Assembly: GCA_963664305.2 (NCBI GenBank) | Contig: CAXXLV010000002.1 | Coordinates: forward strand, 864,001-928,000 | Origin: an uncultured Aliarcobacter sp. | Lineage (GTDB): Bacteria > Campylobacterota > Campylobacteria > Campylobacterales > Arcobacteraceae | Direction of reading: 5' to 3' | Length of the DNA: 64,000 nt | Shown here: positions 59,212 to 64,000 of the stretch, in pieces | How positions within the stretch are numbered: the first letter of the stretch is position 1 | How the letters are laid out: each line of letters opens with the position of its first letter | Translations under genes and position numbers: made by a program | The notes under the pieces: model-generated | Database searches by the model: none | Told to the model about the DNA's origin: nothing | The model's input: the letters and a program-made list of their open reading frames with translations, nothing else

Positions 59212-61518
59212 ATGAATATAGAAGAACAAAGACTACATGCAAAAGAAAATGCTTTAAATGAACAATATGCGATAATCTCATTTAAAACTGATGGAACTAT
59301 TCTAGATTGTAATGATAAATTTTTAGAATTATTCAATTATGAAAGAAATGAAATTCTAGGTAAACATCATAAAATTTTTTGTGATAAAAATTATGTATTA
59401 ACAGATGAATATAAAAAGTTTTGGTTCGATTTGGTAAATGGAACTGTACAACAAGGTGAATTTAGAAGAATTAAAAAAAATGCAGAAGATATTTTTATCT
59501 TTGCTTCATATAAACCTTTAATCAATGAAAAAGGTGAGATTTTTGAGATTCTAAAATTTGCACAAGATATAACTTCAAAAAAACTTGAAAATCTAAACTA
59601 TCAACAACAAATAGTAGCTGTTAACAAATCTCTTGCCGTAATCGAGTTTGATATCAATGGATATATTTTAAGAGCTAATGATAATTTTTTAAATATTATG
59701 AATTACAAATTAGAAGATATTTTAGGAAAGCATCATAGTATTTTTATTGAAGATGATTATAAAAAATCTATTGAATATACAAATTTTTGGGAAACGTTAA
59801 AAAGTGGTAAATTTGATAGTGCAGAATATCTAAGATTAGCAAATAACAATAGAAGAGTTTGGATTAGAGCAACATATAATCCTATTTTTGATTTAGACAA
59901 TAATGTAATAAAAATTGTTAAATTCGCTCAAGATGTAACAAATGAAAAACTTTCAAGTTTATATCATTCTGGTCAATTAGAAGCTATAAATAAATCTCAA
60001 GCTGTTATAGAATTTGATTTAAATGGAAATATTTTAAATGTAAATGAACTATTTTTAAAAGCAGTTGGATATGAAAAAAATGAAATCATGGGAAAACATC
60101 ATAGTATTTTTCTTGATGAAAAATATAAGAATTCTCAAGAATATAAAGATTTCTGGAAAAAGTTAAGAACGGGTGAATATCAAGCAGGAAAGTTTTTAAG
60201 ATATGGTAAAAACGACAATGAAGTTTGGATTCAAGCCACATATACACCAATACTTGATATTGATAAAAAACCTGTAAAAATTGTTAAATTTGCTCAAGAT
60301 ATAACTGAATTAGAAAACATAAAAAAAGATAATTTAACAAATTTAGGTAGTAGAGAAAAACTAATTAACGATATCAAAAAGAGTGATTTAAATAATCTAG
60401 CAATTATTGATATAAATAATTTTTCACTAATAAACGATTTTTATGGTTATGAAATTGGTGATGATTTGATTATCAAATTTTCAGAAGTCTTAAAAAAATA
60501 TTTTACAAATGATTTCCAATTATACAGAGTATATGGAGATAAATTTGCAGTTTATAATCCAACAATAGAACATATTGATTTTGTCTATTATTTACAAAAT
60601 ATTATGAATAAAATATTTGAATTAACAATAAAGTTAGATGATAAAGTATTTTCTTTTAGTATTACTTGTGGTATATCTTTTGAAGATAATGAACATATAC
60701 TTAATACATCAGAAATAATCAACAAAGTTGCAAAAAAACAAGGACTAAATCTTATGATTTATTCTAAAGAACTTGCTTTAGAAGATGAATTTGAAAGAAA
60801 TATACTTTGGACAGAAAAGATTAAAAAAGCTATAAAAGATGATAGAATAATCCCTTATTATCAACCTATTTTCAATAATAAAACTAATAAAATTGAAAAA
60901 TATGAAGCATTAGTTAGATTGATTGATGAAGATGGAAAAATCATTTCTCCATACTTCTTTTTAGATATTGCAAAAAAATCAAAACAATATTTAAATATTA
61001 CAAAAATTGTAATTCAAAAAGTTTTTGAAAAATTCCAACATGAAGATTATGAGTTTTCAATCAATTTAACAGTTGAAGATATAACTGACCAAAATTTACA
61101 AGAATTTTTATTTCAAAAAATCGAAGAATTTAATATAACAAATAAACTAGTAATAGAATTAGTTGAATCTGAACATATCGTTTCATATGAGCCTATTTAT
61201 GAATTTATAAATAAAATCAAAAAAATTGGTTGTAAGCTAGCAATTGATGATTTTGGAAGTGGTTATAGTAATTTTGAATATCTTGTAAAAATAAATGCTG
61301 ATTATGTAAAAATAGATGGAAGTATCATAAAACAAATTGTTACAGATGAAAACTCACTTGAAATTGTAAAATCAATTATCTCTTTTTGTAAAAAAATGAA
61401 TATTAAAACAATTGCTGAGTTCATATCTGATGAAAAACTTTTTGAAAAAGTTAAAGAATTAGATATTGATTATTCACAAGGTTTTTATATATCTGAACCA
61501 AAAGAAAATTTAAATTAG
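59212..61518 (+). CDS. PAS x3 - degenerate GGDEF - EAL protein (probable c-di-GMP phosphodiesterase)
   Basis: Three PAS/PAC repeats (GKHH.IF..KFAQDIT), YGDKF in place of GGDEF, intact EAL and DDFGSGYS. Confidence 0.9.
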   Translation: MNIEEQRLHAKENALNEQYAIISFKTDGTILDCNDKFLELFNYERNEILGKHHKIFCDKNYVLTDEYKKFWFDLVNGTVQQGEFRRIKKNAEDIFIFASYKPLINEKGEIFEILKFAQDITSKKLENLNYQQQIVAVNKSLAVIEFDINGYILRANDNFLNIMNYKLEDILGKHHSIFIEDDYKKSIEYTNFWETLKSGKFDSAEYLRLANNNRRVWIRATYNPIFDLDNNVIKIVKFAQDVTNEKLSSLYHSGQLEAINKSQAVIEFDLNGNILNVNELFLKAVGYEKNEIMGKHHSIFLDEKYKNSQEYKDFWKKLRTGEYQAGKFLRYGKNDNEVWIQATYTPILDIDKKPVKIVKFAQDITELENIKKDNLTNLGSREKLINDIKKSDLNNLAIIDINNFSLINDFYGYEIGDDLIIKFSEVLKKYFTNDFQLYRVYGDKFAVYNPTIEHIDFVYYLQNIMNKIFELTIKLDDKVFSFSITCGISFEDNEHILNTSEIINKVAKKQGLNLMIYSKELALEDEFERNILWTEKIKKAIKDDRIIPYYQPIFNNKTNKIEKYEALVRLIDEDGKIISPYFFLDIAKKSKQYLNITKIVIQKVFEKFQHEDYEFSINLTVEDITDQNLQEFLFQKIEEFNITNKLVIELVESEHIVSYEPIYEFINKIKKIGCKLAIDDFGSGYSNFEYLVKINADYVKIDGSIIKQIVTDENSLEIVKSIISFCKKMNIKTIAEFISDEKLFEKVKELDIDYSQGFYISEPKENLN

Positions 61519-63303
61519 TGGCAAAATAATTTTAAAATTTGCACCTATATAATTTTTTTCTTTAAAAGCAAAAGTTTTATTAGAAACACTTAATTCACCT
61601 TTTGCTTTTGTTACAATAATTTTTGACATATATAAACCAATACCTGTTCCTTTTGATTCATCTTTTGTTGTAAAGTGACTATCAAAAATTTTATCCATAA
61701 TCTCTTCTTTTATTCCACCAGCATTATCTAAAAACTCAATTACTACCCTATTTTCTTCAACTTTTCCATTGATTTTTATAATTCTTGTTTCATCAACAAT
61801 ATTTTCTAATGAATCAATCGCATTGTTTAAAATATTCATATAAACTTGAATAAGTTCATTTTCATAACCTAAAATCAATATATCATCAATATTTTTTACA
61901 ACAATTATGTTATTTCTCATCAATTTAGAGGAAATTAATACTAATGTTTTTTCAATAGAATTTTTAATATTAAACTCTCTTTTTTCTAACTTATCATTAT
62001 AAAAATTTCTAAAATCATCTATTGTTTTTGACATATATTTAACAGAATTTGTTATGTTATTAAGTCCATCTTTCAAGAAGTCATCTGTTAATAAATTTAG
62101 CTCTTTATTTAAAAGTATTCCAGAAGTTAATGTAGTAATAATTGATAACGGTTGTTTCCACTGATGTGCTATATTTTCTAACATTTCTCCCATTGCAGCA
62201 AGTTTTGATTGTTGTAATAATATTTGCTGATTAATTTCAAGCTGATTTTCTATCTCTTTTTGTTTTGTTGTATCTAAAAAAGATGCTACATAATAAATTA
62301 CCTCATTTTTATCATCAAGAACTGATTGGATAATTAAATGTTCATTTATGATAGAGCCATCTTTTCTTAAATTTGTAATTTCACCCATCCAAAAATTATT
62401 CTTTTTTAATGAACAAAACATATTTTTGTAAAAATCTCTATTATGTAATCCAGATTTTAATATTATTGGCGTTTTTCCTATCACTTCATCTGGTCTATAA
62501 CCTGTTATTTTAGAAAATGATTTATTTACTTGTAGAATTTTTTGATTAGAATCGGTAATTATCATTCCACTTTGTGTTTCAAAAGCAACTGATGCAACTT
62601 TTAAAATATAATAAGAGTTTTCAATTCTTTCCAACATTGTATTAACTTCTTGATACAACTTACCAAATTCATTTTTTTCTGTAGTAGTTACTCTTTTACT
62701 TAAAGATTCTGTTTTATCAATTCTTTCCAAAAATGATACAAGTTTTAAAACTGGTTCAGTAAATTTTGTTGCAAATGTTTTTGCAAGAATAAATGAAACT
62801 CCTAAAACATACATAAAAATTAGAATAATTACAAAAATATCTTTTTTTACAATATCACTTAAAGACTCAACTTTAAATTCAAAAAAAACAACTCCCAAAT
62901 CCGTATCTTGATATGTTGCTTTATGAAAAATTGTGATTAAATTACCATCTTTTGAATTTTGTTCTATTGCATTAAAATCGATTTTTGGAACATCAAAACT
63001 TTTGTTTTCAATGTTATATTGCAAAATCGCCTTCCCATCTTTTTTATATAAAACCAGTTTTTGAAGATTTGTAAAAGATTTTAATTGAGTTGAAATATCA
63101 GCTGCAGCAGATACATCATCTAAAAGTATAAGTTTACCTACATCTTGAGAAATAACAATACCAATTGTATTTGATAATTCTATTGTTTTTTTATATTGTT
63201 CATTCATATACCAAGAAACAAATCCAATATATCCAATAGCACTAGTAATCGTTGTTACAGCTAAAATTATAAAAGTTAATTTACTCTTTATAGAACCTTT
63301 CAT
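61510..63303 (-). CDS. HAMP-PAS sensor histidine kinase
   Basis: Two TM helices, HAMP, PAS, H-box AHQWKQP, N-box, DNAGG, GTGIGL. Confidence 0.93.
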   Translation of the reverse strand: MKGSIKSKLTFIILAVTTITSAIGYIGFVSWYMNEQYKKTIELSNTIGIVISQDVGKLILLDDVSAAADISTQLKSFTNLQKLVLYKKDGKAILQYNIENKSFDVPKIDFNAIEQNSKDGNLITIFHKATYQDTDLGVVFFEFKVESLSDIVKKDIFVIILIFMYVLGVSFILAKTFATKFTEPVLKLVSFLERIDKTESLSKRVTTTEKNEFGKLYQEVNTMLERIENSYYILKVASVAFETQSGMIITDSNQKILQVNKSFSKITGYRPDEVIGKTPIILKSGLHNRDFYKNMFCSLKKNNFWMGEITNLRKDGSIINEHLIIQSVLDDKNEVIYYVASFLDTTKQKEIENQLEINQQILLQQSKLAAMGEMLENIAHQWKQPLSIITTLTSGILLNKELNLLTDDFLKDGLNNITNSVKYMSKTIDDFRNFYNDKLEKREFNIKNSIEKTLVLISSKLMRNNIIVVKNIDDILILGYENELIQVYMNILNNAIDSLENIVDETRIIKINGKVEENRVVIEFLDNAGGIKEEIMDKIFDSHFTTKDESKGTGIGLYMSKIIVTKAKGELSVSNKTFAFKEKNYIGANFKIILPLI

Positions 63304-63311
63304 TAAAAAAA

Positions 63312-64000
63312 CTACTTATTTGATGGATTTTCAATAGGAACTGATTCATCATTTCCCCATTCTGCCCAAGAACCATCATAAACAGCAGCTTTGTATCCTA
63401 ATTCTTGTAAAACAATATAATTTAAAGCAGCATCAGCCCCACCATCACAATATAAAAGAACTTTTTTATCTTTTGGAATATCTTTGTATATCTCTTTTAA
63501 TTCAGAAAGTTCTCTCATTTTATTTCCAGTTGTATTTACTTGAAAATTTTGAGTACAAGCATAATTTTTTGCTGTTGGAATATGTCCAAATCTTTTTGCT
63601 ATTGATTTTTCACCAAGATAATGTTGTTCTTGTCTTCCATCAATAATTGTTTTATTACCAATTGAAAGTAAAGTACTTAACTTTGTTTCTATCTTTGAAT
63701 TATCAATTCTAGGAACAAATTCACTCTTAATTGCAATGAAATCAAGAGTAGAAACCTCAAAATTTTCTTTTAATTCTTCTCCATAAGCAACTTTTAGAAT
63801 ACCAACATTTTCATGTCCTAAAGTTTGTAATATCCAGTAAAATCTAGCTGCCCAAATAAAATCACCATTATCATAAGCAACAACTAACTTATTAGAATCA
63901 ATTCCTGCATTACTAAATAACTCTTTTAAAATATCAAGTTTTGGCATAAAAAACTTTTCATCAAATAAAGATTTTAAACCTGGAATATTTACTGCATTTT
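63312..64000 (-). CDS. Rhodanese-domain sulfurtransferase, 5' end beyond the window
   Basis: VVAYD, AARFYW, GHIPTA, YCDGG, YDGSWAEW; frame stays open to 64000 (NAVNIPG). Confidence 0.9.
   Translation of the reverse strand, partial: NAVNIPGLKSLFDEKFFMPKLDILKELFSNAGIDSNKLVVAYDNGDFIWAARFYWILQTLGHENVGILKVAYGEELKENFEVSTLDFIAIKSEFVPRIDNSKIETKLSTLLSIGNKTIIDGRQEQHYLGEKSIAKRFGHIPTAKNYACTQNFQVNTTGNKMRELSELKEIYKDIPKDKKVLLYCDGGADAALNYIVLQELGYKAAVYDGSWAEWGNDESVPIENPSNK

Noticed and set aside
31098..64000. Core region searched for novel systems
   Set aside because: Ordinary housekeeping, flagellar and signalling genes; no mobile-element signatures or unexplained repeats noticed

Overview
AT-rich chromosomal window from a Campylobacterota bacterium, most likely Arcobacter/Aliarcobacter (inferred from gene content and style). 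1-8.8 kb: a type I secretion locus (giant Calx-beta/RTX-type adhesin with 3 x 429-bp tandem repeats, TolC, ABC permease/ATPase running off the window). 9.1-31.0 kb: a ~21.9-kb integrative, probably mobilizable element inserted in a tRNA-Glu(TTC) gene and bounded by a perfect 47-bp direct repeat. Its backbone has a tyrosine integrase, repressor/excisionase switch, HTH replication-initiator-like gene, VirB6/TrbL, VirB5/TrbJ-like gene, oriT-like palindromes and a relaxase. Its cargo is defence-like: (i) a translationally coupled four-gene operon, MazG-like pyrophosphatase + two DUF2075/Schlafen-group-3 nuclease-helicases + a phage Gp88-like Cys-motif protein, my best candidate for an undescribed system; (ii) a Phd/RelE toxin-antitoxin pair whose promoter is duplicated in front of that operon; (iii) a second integrase 3' end from a related element; (iv) an 1111-aa NACHT NTPase; (v) a 4.56-kb IS256-family element with TIRs and an 8-bp TSD carrying passenger genes (527-aa protein, N/G-rich and acidic micro-peptides, orphan HicA, two attC-like sites). 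31-64 kb: ordinary core genome (carB, xseB, metX, hemF, ftsZ/ftsA, recD2, mrdA, fliP, c-di-GMP and two-component signalling genes). Family assignments come from motifs recognised by eye; no database searches were run.
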